Source: Dehalococcoidia bacterium (GTDB lineage Bacteria; Chloroflexota; Dehalococcoidia; Lucifugimonadales; Australimonadaceae). From it: a stretch of DNA of 64,000 bases. This document shows positions 10,006 to 18,509 of the stretch, piece by piece. How positions within the stretch are numbered: position 1 is the first letter of the stretch; each line of letters starts with the position of its first letter. The DNA lies in the NCBI GenBank assembly GCA_965220225.1, contig OZ244813.1:1955385-2019384 (forward strand). The letters are read 5' to 3'. The position numbers and the translations under genes were made by a program. Below the pieces are notes generated by a model that had not been told where the DNA came from, searched no databases, and was given only the letters and a program-made list of their open reading frames with translations.

Positions 10006-10677
10006 TTACCTCCCTGTTGTTCGAATGATGTCCAGCAGAGATTCCGGCTCCTCGCCGCTCAACCGGACGTCCGGGACCGGGCCGTCGAAGACCTGCGACC
10101 ACTCCACCGGAGCGAAGTGGCCGTAGACGCCGACCCGGAGACGGAGCTCGGGTCGGGCGGAGTGAAGGCGTCCCGCGACGCCGTAGATGCGGAAGCCCTG
10201 CTCGTCCCGGTCGTCGGTGGCCGAGAAGAAGGCGGAGAGGCTTCCGTGCGAGTGGAACTCGGCTACCACCCCGCTGGGGGGCTGGTAGATGAGGGACACC
10301 CGCGATCCGGCCTGCGGAGGGACCACGGGCCGGTAGGCGTGACCGTCCCAGCGGACGGCGAAGAACCGCTCCGTGTCCGGTGCGTCCTGGAACCAGCGCA
10401 GGCCCGCCTCGAGGATGCGGGACGGGATGCGGCCGTGGGGCAGCATCACCTTCTCGCTCACGGGTGCGAGCCCGCGAACGACGCAGGGGGCGATGAGCAC
10501 CCGCGCTGTCAGGTGGGCGCTCGCGGACTGGACGTACACGCCGCCCAAGCCCAGCACGTAGTCGTAGCCGATCCCCTGGACTCCGGCGAGCCCGGCGGGG
10601 TGGTTGACGAGGTGGCCCACCGGACTCGGCGGGGCGTCAGCGGTAGCCGCGTCTCCCTTCGGAGACCGCCATGACAT
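10006..10677 (-). CDS. JAB/MPN-domain metalloprotease, PRTRC protein A-like
   Basis: JAMM motif EFHSHGSLSAFFSATDDRDE. ATG at 10677 overlaps the upstream gene end by 41 nt; a later start is possible. Confidence 0.8.
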   Translation of the reverse strand: MSWRSPKGDAATADAPPSPVGHLVNHPAGLAGVQGIGYDYVLGLGGVYVQSASAHLTARVLIAPCVVRGLAPVSEKVMLPHGRIPSRILEAGLRWFQDAPDTERFFAVRWDGHAYRPVVPPQAGSRVSLIYQPPSGVVAEFHSHGSLSAFFSATDDRDEQGFRIYGVAGRLHSARPELRLRVGVYGHFAPVEWSQVFDGPVPDVRLSGEEPESLLDIIRTTGR

Positions 10678-11341
10678 GGGCCACCGTACACTGGGGAACC
10701 AGGTCCTCCATCGGGTACTCGGTTGTTCCATCGAGCTCCTCCCATAGGGTTTGCAGGTTGTCGGGGTGCTTCTTCGAGCGCTCATGGCTGTCGCCGGTGA
10801 GCGAGAAGAAGGACTGGAAGAACGATTCCGGTATCAGCCCGACCTCGTCGGGGTACCGGTGGCTGCCCGGACACGTCCTTCCGTCGCGGAAAACGTTGAA
10901 GGCCGGCATCCGGTAGAGCTGCTGCTCGGGATCGGACGGCCGCTCCGTTGCGGCGTAGACCCAGGGGGCGCGGCCCGGCGAGCAGACGAAGAGCAGTCCC
11001 GGCATCGGGATCTTCAGCCGGGCGGGAGGCTTGAACGCCTCCCGTTGCAGGGCGACCGGCCACACCTGCGGCGGCCGCCAGAGGCCGACCACCTGCCCGG
11101 TCTCGCCCTGGTTCCACCAGAGGGCGTCCGCCGGCAGCAGCCCGGAAGAGAACCCCAGGTGCTGGGTGAGCGCGCTCGCGATCCCGTCCGCCGAGACGGT
11201 CCTGACCCAGGCCGAGCCGGTCTCGAAGCAGCGCAGAAGCAGTGTCTCCTCGTAGACCTCCAGCTGCATCTTCAGGTCGTCTCTGGGCGCATCGTTCACG
11301 CCCGGCAGGGACCACCCGGTGACATCGGTGTCAACACTCAT
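10637..11341 (-). CDS. PRTRC protein B-like (position and size); possible E2-like component
   Basis: Start at MSVDTDVTGW (ATG 11341). Conserved-looking PMPGLLFVCSPG and RMPAFNVF. Assignment rests mainly on position between the F-position gene and the JAB gene. Confidence 0.55.
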   Translation of the reverse strand: MSVDTDVTGWSLPGVNDAPRDDLKMQLEVYEETLLLRCFETGSAWVRTVSADGIASALTQHLGFSSGLLPADALWWNQGETGQVVGLWRPPQVWPVALQREAFKPPARLKIPMPGLLFVCSPGRAPWVYAATERPSDPEQQLYRMPAFNVFRDGRTCPGSHRYPDEVGLIPESFFQSFFSLTGDSHERSKKHPDNLQTLWEELDGTTEYPMEDLVPQCTVAHVMAVSEGRRGYR

Positions 11342-12171
11342 GTTCCTTTGCCTCCTTTTCCTTCTTGAGGGAGCCGTCCCAGGACGAACTCCAGCATCGC
11401 GGTGAAGCGGGCGGGGAGGTCCTGCTCCAGCCAGTCGGTCAACCTGCCCACCGCGTCCATGAGGGCCTCGGCCTGCCACCACACCCCGGTGGCCTCTGCG
11501 ATCAGGTCGTCGTCCCAGGGGTCGGAGAAGCCGTTGTACTCCCCGTCGTCATAGCTGGCGTCGAGGAAGAAGTTGCCGGTCTCGGCCCAGATCCAGTTGC
11601 CTGCCTGCGCCGCCCCCTCGAACGGCGTTCCCTGCAACGCCGCGGTGAGGACGTCGAGGGGTATGCCGTCGCTGGGGATGCGTTCGAGGGTCTGTCGCGG
11701 GATGTGCTCGGCTGCGGCCTCCAGCCACGCCACCCGTATCCCGTCCGGCACCACGTAGCAGGCCTCGGGAGGTCTGGCCAGCAGCGCCAGGGACGAGAGC
11801 CCCTCGCGGTAGCGGTCCCACATCTCGTGGACGGCGTCGTAGCCGAAGCCGAACAGGTCGAAGGGGATGCCTCTGCGCAGCCAGGTGAAGGGAGGATCGT
11901 CCCCCTCGTCCCAGTAGAGGTCGAGGTATGCCCCGTAGAGGGGGAAGTGCCGCTCCTGGAAGAGCCGGGCGAAGCGCTCCACCCTCTCACGGACGTCGGG
12001 GGCCGCCAGCAACGCCTCTCCCTCATCGGGGAAGAGACGGTGCACCAGCCCCGCGAACCAGGCGTAGTCGTCGGCGTAGCCGATCAGCGTCACCAGCTCC
12101 CGCAGCGACGGCGGACGCCGCAGGAGCAGTGTCGCGAGCCCGCTCAGCCGAGCTGGGGCAGCAGCTTCCAT
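11338..12171 (-). CDS. Hypothetical protein in the PRTRC protein F position
   Basis: 277-aa ORF, translationally coupled (4-nt overlap) to the next gene. No motif recognised. Confidence 0.5.
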   Translation of the reverse strand: MEAAAPARLSGLATLLLRRPPSLRELVTLIGYADDYAWFAGLVHRLFPDEGEALLAAPDVRERVERFARLFQERHFPLYGAYLDLYWDEGDDPPFTWLRRGIPFDLFGFGYDAVHEMWDRYREGLSSLALLARPPEACYVVPDGIRVAWLEAAAEHIPRQTLERIPSDGIPLDVLTAALQGTPFEGAAQAGNWIWAETGNFFLDASYDDGEYNGFSDPWDDDLIAEATGVWWQAEALMDAVGRLTDWLEQDLPARFTAMLEFVLGRLPQEGKGGKGT

Positions 12172-12374
12172 CGCAGGGCTGAGGCGAGGCGTCCCGTGGT
12201 GGATGCGTAGTCCTGCGCCTGCGCGCAGGCCAGCTCCACCTCGGACTGTCGTGCGGCCGCGGCGTCCAGATCGAGGGAGCCGTCGGGCCGTGTGAGCTCC
12301 GCCGTGAGCTCGATGATCTTCAGGTCCGCAGGCGGCACCGCCGCCAGCAGACCCGCAAGCGTCCGGTTGTCCAT
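12144..12374 (-). CDS. Small hypothetical protein inside the PRTRC-like cassette
   Basis: ATG at 12374 (MDNRTLAGLL...) lies 2 nt after the stop of the Ubl gene. 76 aa. Confidence 0.45.
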   Translation of the reverse strand: MDNRTLAGLLAAVPPADLKIIELTAELTRPDGSLDLDAAAARQSEVELACAQAQDYASTTGRLASALRWKLLPQLG

Positions 12375-12375
12375 C

Positions 12376-12588
12376 TCACGCCTCCGCCGGGTGAACGGCA
12401 GAAGCGCCCTTGGTGCCGACCCGCCGCTGGAACTCGTAGACCGTGTCATCGCCGCGCTTGGTCTCCTTCACGGAGGCGTTGGCGATCTCCCCGTAGAAGT
12501 CGGCCAATGTCGCTTTCACCTGCTCGACGGTCATCTGGGGGTCCGGGTCCGGGAACTCGCGGTCGTCGTAGACGAATATGCGTGCCAT
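12376..12588 (-). CDS. Small ubiquitin-like (beta-grasp) protein, PRTRC protein C-like
   Basis: 70 aa: MARIFVYDDREFPDPDPQMTVEQVKATLADFYGEIANASVKETKRGDDTVYEFQRRVGTKG plus a 9-aa tail. Size, pattern and neighbourhood fit PRTRC protein C. Confidence 0.7.
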   Translation of the reverse strand: MARIFVYDDREFPDPDPQMTVEQVKATLADFYGEIANASVKETKRGDDTVYEFQRRVGTKGASAVHPAEA

Positions 12589-12670
12589 GGTTCATCTCCT
12601 TCTGCGTCTGTGCTGTGTGCTCTTGCCAACCGCGGGGAGGCCGCCGGGTTAGCGGCGGCCCTCCCGTGTT

Positions 12671-14968
12671 TCATGCGGCCTTGCGCCCCGCGCCGACCGG
12701 CTCTACATCGCGCTCCCGCTCCATGCCGAGCGCCCACTCGAACATGGAGAGGCTCGCGGGCTGGGGTTTGCGGCTCCGGCTCTTCGGCCTCGCCGGCCCC
12801 TCGGCCATGAACTCCGCCCAGGAGAACAGCGTCTGCCCTGACTCCGGGGACCCGTCGATGTGGCCGTTGTCGAGCACCGGCTCGATGCCGGAGGCCGTGC
12901 CGTCTACCGCAACCGTCTCCGGCTCGGTCTCCACGGCCTGCCAGCCGTCGTCGACCAGGTACTCTTCGGCCTCGGTCTCGGCGTCCCGCGCTGCCGCGAA
13001 GACCGCCTCCACCGTCTCCGCCTCATCCTCGTCGCCGTTCACGATCTTCCGCGCCAGCGCGAGCATGAGGTCGTCTCCGTCGTCGCCGTAGGCGGCCAGG
13101 CCGTCCTCCGGCAGTTCGCCCTCCACCGCCAGCGAAGACTGGAGTTTCTTCGCCACCAGCTTCAGGGCATCGGCCTGCAGGCTGTTCCTGTAGGCCATGA
13201 ACACCACCCGCACCGGCCGCGTCTGGCCGATGCGCCACGAGCGGCGGGACGCCTGCCGCATCGTGTAGACCGAGTAGTCCGTCTCGTACCAGCAGATGGT
13301 CGGGAAATCGATCAGGTCGAGCCCGGTCTGCACCAGCCTGGGATGGCAGATGAGGACGTCGAGTCCCTTCTCCACCTGCTCGGCGACCCACGCCTCGCGC
13401 CGGTCGGGCGCGACGGCATCGGCCTTCATCACCGCCACCCGGAACCCGTGCCGGGTGAGCATGCTCTCCATCCGGCCGGTGATGTCCCGCGTGCCGGTGT
13501 GCGTCGCGTACACCAGCACCCGGCGTCCCTCCAGGCGCTCCGCGGCCACGAGGTCGACGAGCGCCTGCTCCTTCGGGTAGGTCCGCTCCTCGGAGAGCGG
13601 AGGCACCCCCACGATGGGGAAGCCCGTCGCGGGGTCGAAGACGGTCTCGCCCCGTGTGCAGCCGTCCGGGTAGGCGAGCAGTGTCTGCAGGTACGTGGCC
13701 AGCAGCCGCTTGGAGCCGGTGGCCAGTGCCGCACCCAGCGCACTCTTCAGCGCCCCGTAGAGCATGTCGTAGGCCGAGCGCTGCGATAGGCCCGTGTGGT
13801 CCTGTTCGGAGTCCATGCGGGAGAGCAGGACCCGCTCCTCGTAGGGAGGCAGCCCGGACGCCACGTCCGAGAGCCGCAGGAAGATGGAGTTCCCGATGAG
13901 GTGGAAGAGTGCCGAGGGAGCGAGGCCGGGACGCTCACGCACCACCCTGCGGTAGCGGCGCCTCCGGCTGTTGCGCCCGTCCTCGACGGAGGAGTCGTCG
14001 TTCTTGTACACCGTCTCCTCGGTGAAGCCGTAGCGCTGGATCCACCGTCCCTCCTCGTTGTGCCGGAACTCGGTGCGGATCTCCGGGGAGAACCGGTAGA
14101 GGAGGTGGAAGAGGGTGCTGGCATAGCCGCCCATGAGCGTGCCCGAGAGGGTGAGCGAGCGGCCGCACGACTCCGCGAGCACGCCGGCGGCGATGCCCTG
14201 GGCGGAGCCGCGCGCCTTGAACTCATGCACCTCGTCGCCGATGAAGAGGTCGAAGAACCCCCGCATCCGGTGCTTGACGTAGTCTGCCAGGGGATAGCGG
14301 CGGGGGCCGGTGTTGTCGGCCTGCCACAACGGGGAGTTGCAGACGTCGCAGACGTGCCGCTTGCGGTTGAGGTCCGCCGTGGACAGAGGCACGCCCTCCC
14401 TGTCGAGCACCTGCGCGGCGCAGACGGGGCAGCAGGGGATGCGGAAGGGAGCGCCCGTCTCCTCGTCCCGCACGAGCCTGCCACCCGCCACGGCCCACCG
14501 CTCATTGACGGCGGGCTGCCAACGGTAGGCGAGCTTGGCCCGCTCGCGGGACATGACCGCGAAGAGGGGAGCGGCGCCGGGGAAGAGGCGGAGGCGCTCG
14601 AGGTCGGTGATGGAGGTGACGATGGCGGCGCGGGCGCCGGGGATGGTCTCCTCCACCTCGCGCTTCCACTTCCGCACGAGGTGCGGCGGGCAGAGCACCA
14701 GGACGCGCCTGAAGCCCGCCGCGTGGGCGGCGCTCGTTGCGATGAACGTCTTTCCGGTTCCCATCTCGCCGACGACGGTCGTGCCCTGGTGGGCCTGCAG
14801 CGAGAGGGCCGCGCCGCGTATGGCGTCGGCCTGTGCGCCGAGCGGCCTGCGCAGGAGCGCGGGGAGTGGAACGGCCTGCTCGGACGGCCGGTAGAGGGGC
14901 GGGTACGACTCCACCACCCGCTGGGCGATGGAGTCCCTGAACGTGTCGATGAAGGTCCCGAGGTTCAT
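12671..14968 (-). CDS. SNF2/DEAD-like superfamily-2 helicase with inserted zinc ribbon
   Basis: Walker A VVGEMGTGKTF and DEAH-like GDEVHEFK. C-terminal helicase motifs (YATHTGTRD, QASRRSWRIGQ). CCPVC...CDVC insertion. Start at MNLGTFIDTF (ATG 14968). Confidence 0.85.
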   Translation of the reverse strand: MNLGTFIDTFRDSIAQRVVESYPPLYRPSEQAVPLPALLRRPLGAQADAIRGAALSLQAHQGTTVVGEMGTGKTFIATSAAHAAGFRRVLVLCPPHLVRKWKREVEETIPGARAAIVTSITDLERLRLFPGAAPLFAVMSRERAKLAYRWQPAVNERWAVAGGRLVRDEETGAPFRIPCCPVCAAQVLDREGVPLSTADLNRKRHVCDVCNSPLWQADNTGPRRYPLADYVKHRMRGFFDLFIGDEVHEFKARGSAQGIAAGVLAESCGRSLTLSGTLMGGYASTLFHLLYRFSPEIRTEFRHNEEGRWIQRYGFTEETVYKNDDSSVEDGRNSRRRRYRRVVRERPGLAPSALFHLIGNSIFLRLSDVASGLPPYEERVLLSRMDSEQDHTGLSQRSAYDMLYGALKSALGAALATGSKRLLATYLQTLLAYPDGCTRGETVFDPATGFPIVGVPPLSEERTYPKEQALVDLVAAERLEGRRVLVYATHTGTRDITGRMESMLTRHGFRVAVMKADAVAPDRREAWVAEQVEKGLDVLICHPRLVQTGLDLIDFPTICWYETDYSVYTMRQASRRSWRIGQTRPVRVVFMAYRNSLQADALKLVAKKLQSSLAVEGELPEDGLAAYGDDGDDLMLALARKIVNGDEDEAETVEAVFAAARDAETEAEEYLVDDGWQAVETEPETVAVDGTASGIEPVLDNGHIDGSPESGQTLFSWAEFMAEGPARPKSRSRKPQPASLSMFEWALGMERERDVEPVGAGRKAA

Positions 14969-15297
14969 GGTCTGCTCCTTTCGTGGGGAGAGCCACGACC
15001 TCGGGGCCCGCGTCCCTGCTCCAACCTCCTCGCGGGGGCTTGAAGACAGGGCACACCCCTCCCGCCCGTACGGGAGGGGGTTAGGGAGTGCCGGGCGCAG
15101 GCGCCCTTTGGAGTTACCGTGGAGACACTCCCCGTTGTTCGCGTGCGCTGTCCCAGGCACGCACCGGTCGAGATGGGCGGGGCTCGCCCGACCGGTGGTG
15201 GGAGAGTCCCGTCAGGCGGCTCCGCAGGAGCCGTCCAAGAAGAAGACGGCCCGCTCCCGGTGGGAAGCGGACCCCCATTGTTGAGGCCTGTCTGCCG

Positions 15298-15675
15298 CTA
15301 CTCGCCGAGCTCTCGCCGGGCATCCTCGAGGGTGTTCCTGGCCTCGCTGACGAGGTTGCGGGCGTGGGAGAGGCGGTCGATGTACCGGTTCAGCCGCCGG
15401 GAACGGACCCGCGACTGTGCCGCGGTCAGCGACACCGGCCTGGCAAGCGATTCGTGGGCTTCCTTGATGAGCGTCTCGATGTATCGCTCGGCCGGCATTT
15501 CGGGCGTCCTGTGTACCTGGACGACCATTGGCTCGGTGTCGTCGCAGTCGGGGCAGAAGCCCGAGCTGACGGCGATGGTGCCGTACTCGTTCACGTGGGC
15601 GAGGGCCGGCTGCCGGTGTTCGCACACCGGGCAGACGCGGTCGGAGTCGATGCTCTCTTCGGGTTGGAATGTCAT
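15298..15675 (-). CDS. Small zinc-ribbon protein
   Basis: CPVCEH...CPDCDD (Cys4), then a helical C-terminus. 125 aa. Confidence 0.6.
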   Translation of the reverse strand: MTFQPEESIDSDRVCPVCEHRQPALAHVNEYGTIAVSSGFCPDCDDTEPMVVQVHRTPEMPAERYIETLIKEAHESLARPVSLTAAQSRVRSRRLNRYIDRLSHARNLVSEARNTLEDARRELGE

Positions 15676-15735
15676 GTCCGTACTCCTTGTGGTGAGTCCC
15701 GAGACCTCCGTTCCAGGAGACCTCTGGCCGGTCGA

Positions 15736-16071
15736 CTACGCCTTCTCCAGGTCGTTCATCCGCTGCAGGGCCATGACGACCTCGTCCAGCCTGCCGCGCA
15801 GGCGCATGCGCTCCGCCGGGTTCGGCGGCTCTCGTTTCAACTGCGCCTCCAGGGCGAAGCGCTCGCCGGTGAGCCAGGCGCAGAGGCCGCTCCACCGGAC
15901 CGCGCCGGGCAGGACGAACCTCATGTCCATCGCCACGGCCTCGTCGCACTCGGGACAGTGCGTCCCGTAGACGTACGCGCCGCTGCCGTCCTGGTAGACG
16001 TACAGCGTCGTCTCGACCTCGTGCTCGCACTGCGGGCACTCGACGGTCGCGGGGTATTCGTTGGGTCTCAT
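15736..16071 (-). CDS. Small zinc-ribbon protein
   Basis: Start MRPNEYPATVECPQCEH...CPECDE (Cys4). 111 aa. Confidence 0.6.
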   Translation of the reverse strand: MRPNEYPATVECPQCEHEVETTLYVYQDGSGAYVYGTHCPECDEAVAMDMRFVLPGAVRWSGLCAWLTGERFALEAQLKREPPNPAERMRLRGRLDEVVMALQRMNDLEKA

Positions 16072-16073
16072 GC

Positions 16074-16367
16074 TCACGATGCCCTCCTTTGATCTTCCTC
16101 TCGCGGTGCGCCGCACCGGACGCACTGGCGGACGTCCACGCCCGCGACGCGGAACGCGTGGCCGCCCCGGCAGCCCAGCGGCTGGACCGCAGCGACCCTG
16201 CCGTCGATGCCGCACCACGCGGAGCGGTCGCCGGCCTCGTAGCTGTAGAAGCCGCAGCCCCGCGCGCAGCGGAGGTCGAGGCCGGTTAGCTCGTCGTCCT
16301 CGACGACCTCCTCCAGCGTGAAGTTCCTCCCGCCACAGGCGGGACAGGTGATTCCCTTCAGGGTCAT
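16074..16367 (-). CDS. Small zinc-ribbon protein
   Basis: CPACGG...CARGC...CVRCG. 97 aa. Confidence 0.6.
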   Translation of the reverse strand: MTLKGITCPACGGRNFTLEEVVEDDELTGLDLRCARGCGFYSYEAGDRSAWCGIDGRVAAVQPLGCRGGHAFRVAGVDVRQCVRCGAPREEDQRRAS

Positions 16368-16395
16368 GGGGCCTCCTCCTTGGTCGTGTACGGGG

Positions 16396-16614
16396 CTACG
16401 CCGCCGCGGGGAGCGACTGGGCCGCCCGTGCCTCCAGCCTGGCGGCGCGGTAGCAGCCGCTCTCCGTGTGGTACGAGCGGACGGGGGTGGTAGCGATGCG
16501 CCCGTCGACGACGTCGACCGAGGCGGTCTGCGCGTACGGCTGGCCGGGCAGGATCGGCTCCTCGCACCGGGCGCACGTCAGGGGAAAGAGCGTGAGTGTG
16601 GGGTTGGGAGTCAT
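16396..16614 (-). CDS. Small Cys-containing protein
   Basis: 72 aa with CARCEE and a distal C. AGGAGAGGAG RBS precedes the ATG. Confidence 0.5.
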   Translation of the reverse strand: MTPNPTLTLFPLTCARCEEPILPGQPYAQTASVDVVDGRIATTPVRSYHTESGCYRAARLEARAAQSLPAAA

Positions 16615-16632
16615 CTCCTCTCCTTTCCTTTG

Positions 16633-16662
16633 AGGGGGATTCGGTTAAGGGGGATTCGGTCT
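16633..16662. repeat. Tandem 2 x 15 bp repeat (AGGGGGATTCGGTTA / AGGGGGATTCGGTCT) just upstream of gene 16396-16614
   Basis: Read directly; 13 of 15 positions identical. Lies between the methyltransferase stop and the next gene's RBS. Confidence 0.8.
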
Positions 16663-16734
16663 GGTGACAGCAGGCGGGGCCTGCCTCCGGTGGGAGGACA
16701 GGCCCCGTGGGTTCGTCTCCGTTCGGGGAGCAGG

Positions 16735-17778
16735 CTATGCGGCGATGTCGGTGATCTCGCCGTCGTCGAGGCCGAGGGCGACCACGGTGGTGCGCAGCTG
16801 CTCCCGCCATGTCTCGGTCTCCTCGGTCTCTTCGACCAGCACCATCTCCTTGGTGGTGCGGCCCTTGACGAGGATGCGGCGGCCCTCCGCCTCAAGGCAG
16901 AGGTTGTCGAGGAAGCCCGCCGCGACCAGCATCGCCATGTGCCCGCGGCGCAGCGGCATCAGCGGGCGGGTGCGGGTGTCGCCCCTCGGCCAGAGCGCGT
17001 CGTTGATCGCGGCGCTGGCCCACAGCCCGGAGCGCCGTGCCTCCGATGCGGCCGCTATCGGGTCGACGGTACGCGTGGTGAAGAGCACGTCCCCGTCAGG
17101 CAGGGGCGGGATCGTGAATTCCGTGTAGGCGCGGGAGGAGAGTTCGTCCAGCGAACCCGCCGCCCACTCCCGCACGCGCATCTCGGCGTGCACGTCGGTG
17201 TGCGGCTCCGTCTGGTGGCGGCCGATCAGCACCACCTGGTCGAACGCCTCCCGCTCCGGGTCGGGGAATGCCCAGCACCGGAGTTGCCGGTAGTGGGAGG
17301 AGAGGTAGCGGGCCGAGACCTCCAGCCGCTGGCGGGGCACGACGAAGACGAGCACTCCGTTGTCCGCCAGGTAGCGGGAGGCGTGCATCAGGAAGGCGTG
17401 CTCCGAGCGCTTCTCTTCGTTGTCATAGTCGTAAGGGGGATTGACATACAGCAGGCCGAACGCCCGGTTGGCGATGGAGGTCTGGAAGAGGTCGCTGGCC
17501 AGCACCCGGTGCAGGCGCTCCCCGGCCTCGGCGGCGCGGACGCGGTGGAGCTCCACGCCGTAGGTCTCGATGGGCATCGTGTTCGGCTGCGTGAGCCGTT
17601 CGGCGAGCTGCGCAACCGCCTCGCCCGCGCCGCAGCACGGGTCGAGGATGCGGAGCGTCTCCCCGCCGCGGCGGCGGGAGGCGTAGGTCATGGGAGCGTG
17701 GATCAGTCCCGCGATCAGGTCGACGACGCGGGGCGGCGTCGGGTAGAAGCCGCCCTTGGCCTGTCCTGCAAGTCTCAT
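16735..17778 (-). CDS. N6-adenine DNA methyltransferase (orphan, no cognate nuclease seen)
   Basis: SAM motif ILDPCCGAGEA and catalytic motif YVNPPYDYD. Confidence 0.8.
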   Translation of the reverse strand: MRLAGQAKGGFYPTPPRVVDLIAGLIHAPMTYASRRRGGETLRILDPCCGAGEAVAQLAERLTQPNTMPIETYGVELHRVRAAEAGERLHRVLASDLFQTSIANRAFGLLYVNPPYDYDNEEKRSEHAFLMHASRYLADNGVLVFVVPRQRLEVSARYLSSHYRQLRCWAFPDPEREAFDQVVLIGRHQTEPHTDVHAEMRVREWAAGSLDELSSRAYTEFTIPPLPDGDVLFTTRTVDPIAAASEARRSGLWASAAINDALWPRGDTRTRPLMPLRRGHMAMLVAAGFLDNLCLEAEGRRILVKGRTTKEMVLVEETEETETWREQLRTTVVALGLDDGEITDIAA

Positions 17779-18464
17779 GCTGCAACTCCTAGGTTGTGAT
17801 GGTTCGTGCCTTCGCCGGTGGCCTCGTCATCGGACGAAAACTCCGGTAGGGAGAGGATGCCGAGCGCGACCGCGCGGGAGAGGTCCTCCCGCAGCGACTC
17901 GGCGTCGGGCTTGCAGACGTGGGCGATGATGCCCACCGACTGCAGCGGGGTGATCTCCCCGTTCGAGACCCCCCGCCGCCAGAGCCACTCCGCCCAGGTG
18001 TGATGCAGGGGGAGCGGACTGCGCCGGTCGAGGAAGCGGTGGTGGAGCGCCGCCACGTTGTCGCCCTCGTGCGCGAGCAGGAGGAAGTTGTCCTGCCCTG
18101 AGGCGAACTCGGCCCACTTCGTGTAGACCAGCGCGTGCCAGCCGCCGCTCGCGGGCAGGCGGGCGATCTTGGTCGTCCACGTGCCCACGGTCTCCCGGGG
18201 GACGACGCAGCGCTGGTAGCCGCCGGAGAGCGCCATCCCGTCCGCGCCCTTGATGATGTGCGCGGGGTCGGGCGGCTGCTTCAGCAGCGAGGCCCAGATG
18301 GCCTTGAGCGCCGTCTGGGCGCCGACGATCGAGAGGAACCAGAGGCCGTCCGTATCGGGGTCCCTGGCGAAGGCGTCCGCAGTGGCGGAGAAGCCCCCGG
18401 CGGTGATGGTGTACAGCTCCGGCTCCGGGGCGGCGCCTGAAGCAGCTGGGTGCGTGTTCTGCAT
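17775..18464 (-). CDS. Hypothetical protein
   Basis: 229-aa ORF coupled by a 4-nt overlap to the methyltransferase gene. No motif recognised. Confidence 0.6.
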   Translation of the reverse strand: MQNTHPAASGAAPEPELYTITAGGFSATADAFARDPDTDGLWFLSIVGAQTALKAIWASLLKQPPDPAHIIKGADGMALSGGYQRCVVPRETVGTWTTKIARLPASGGWHALVYTKWAEFASGQDNFLLLAHEGDNVAALHHRFLDRRSPLPLHHTWAEWLWRRGVSNGEITPLQSVGIIAHVCKPDAESLREDLSRAVALGILSLPEFSSDDEATGEGTNHHNLGVAA

Positions 18465-18509
18465 GAGATGTCCTTTCGCGGAGAGATGTTCAGATCCGGT
18501 GGGTCGGGG

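Noticed and set aside
13796-15043. Long antisense or shadow ORFs: 13796-15043, 12860-13789, 16318-17799, 19639-20997, 25435-26253, 26981-28828, 29802-31379, 31376-32434, 32498-33958, 33868-35475, 39433-40452, 48219-49361, 55858-56592, 56244-57287, 61804-62946 and others
   Set aside because: Each lies opposite, or out of frame with, a gene that has clear family motifs. Their products are Arg/Gly/Pro/Ala-rich, as expected from stop-poor frames in high-GC DNA.
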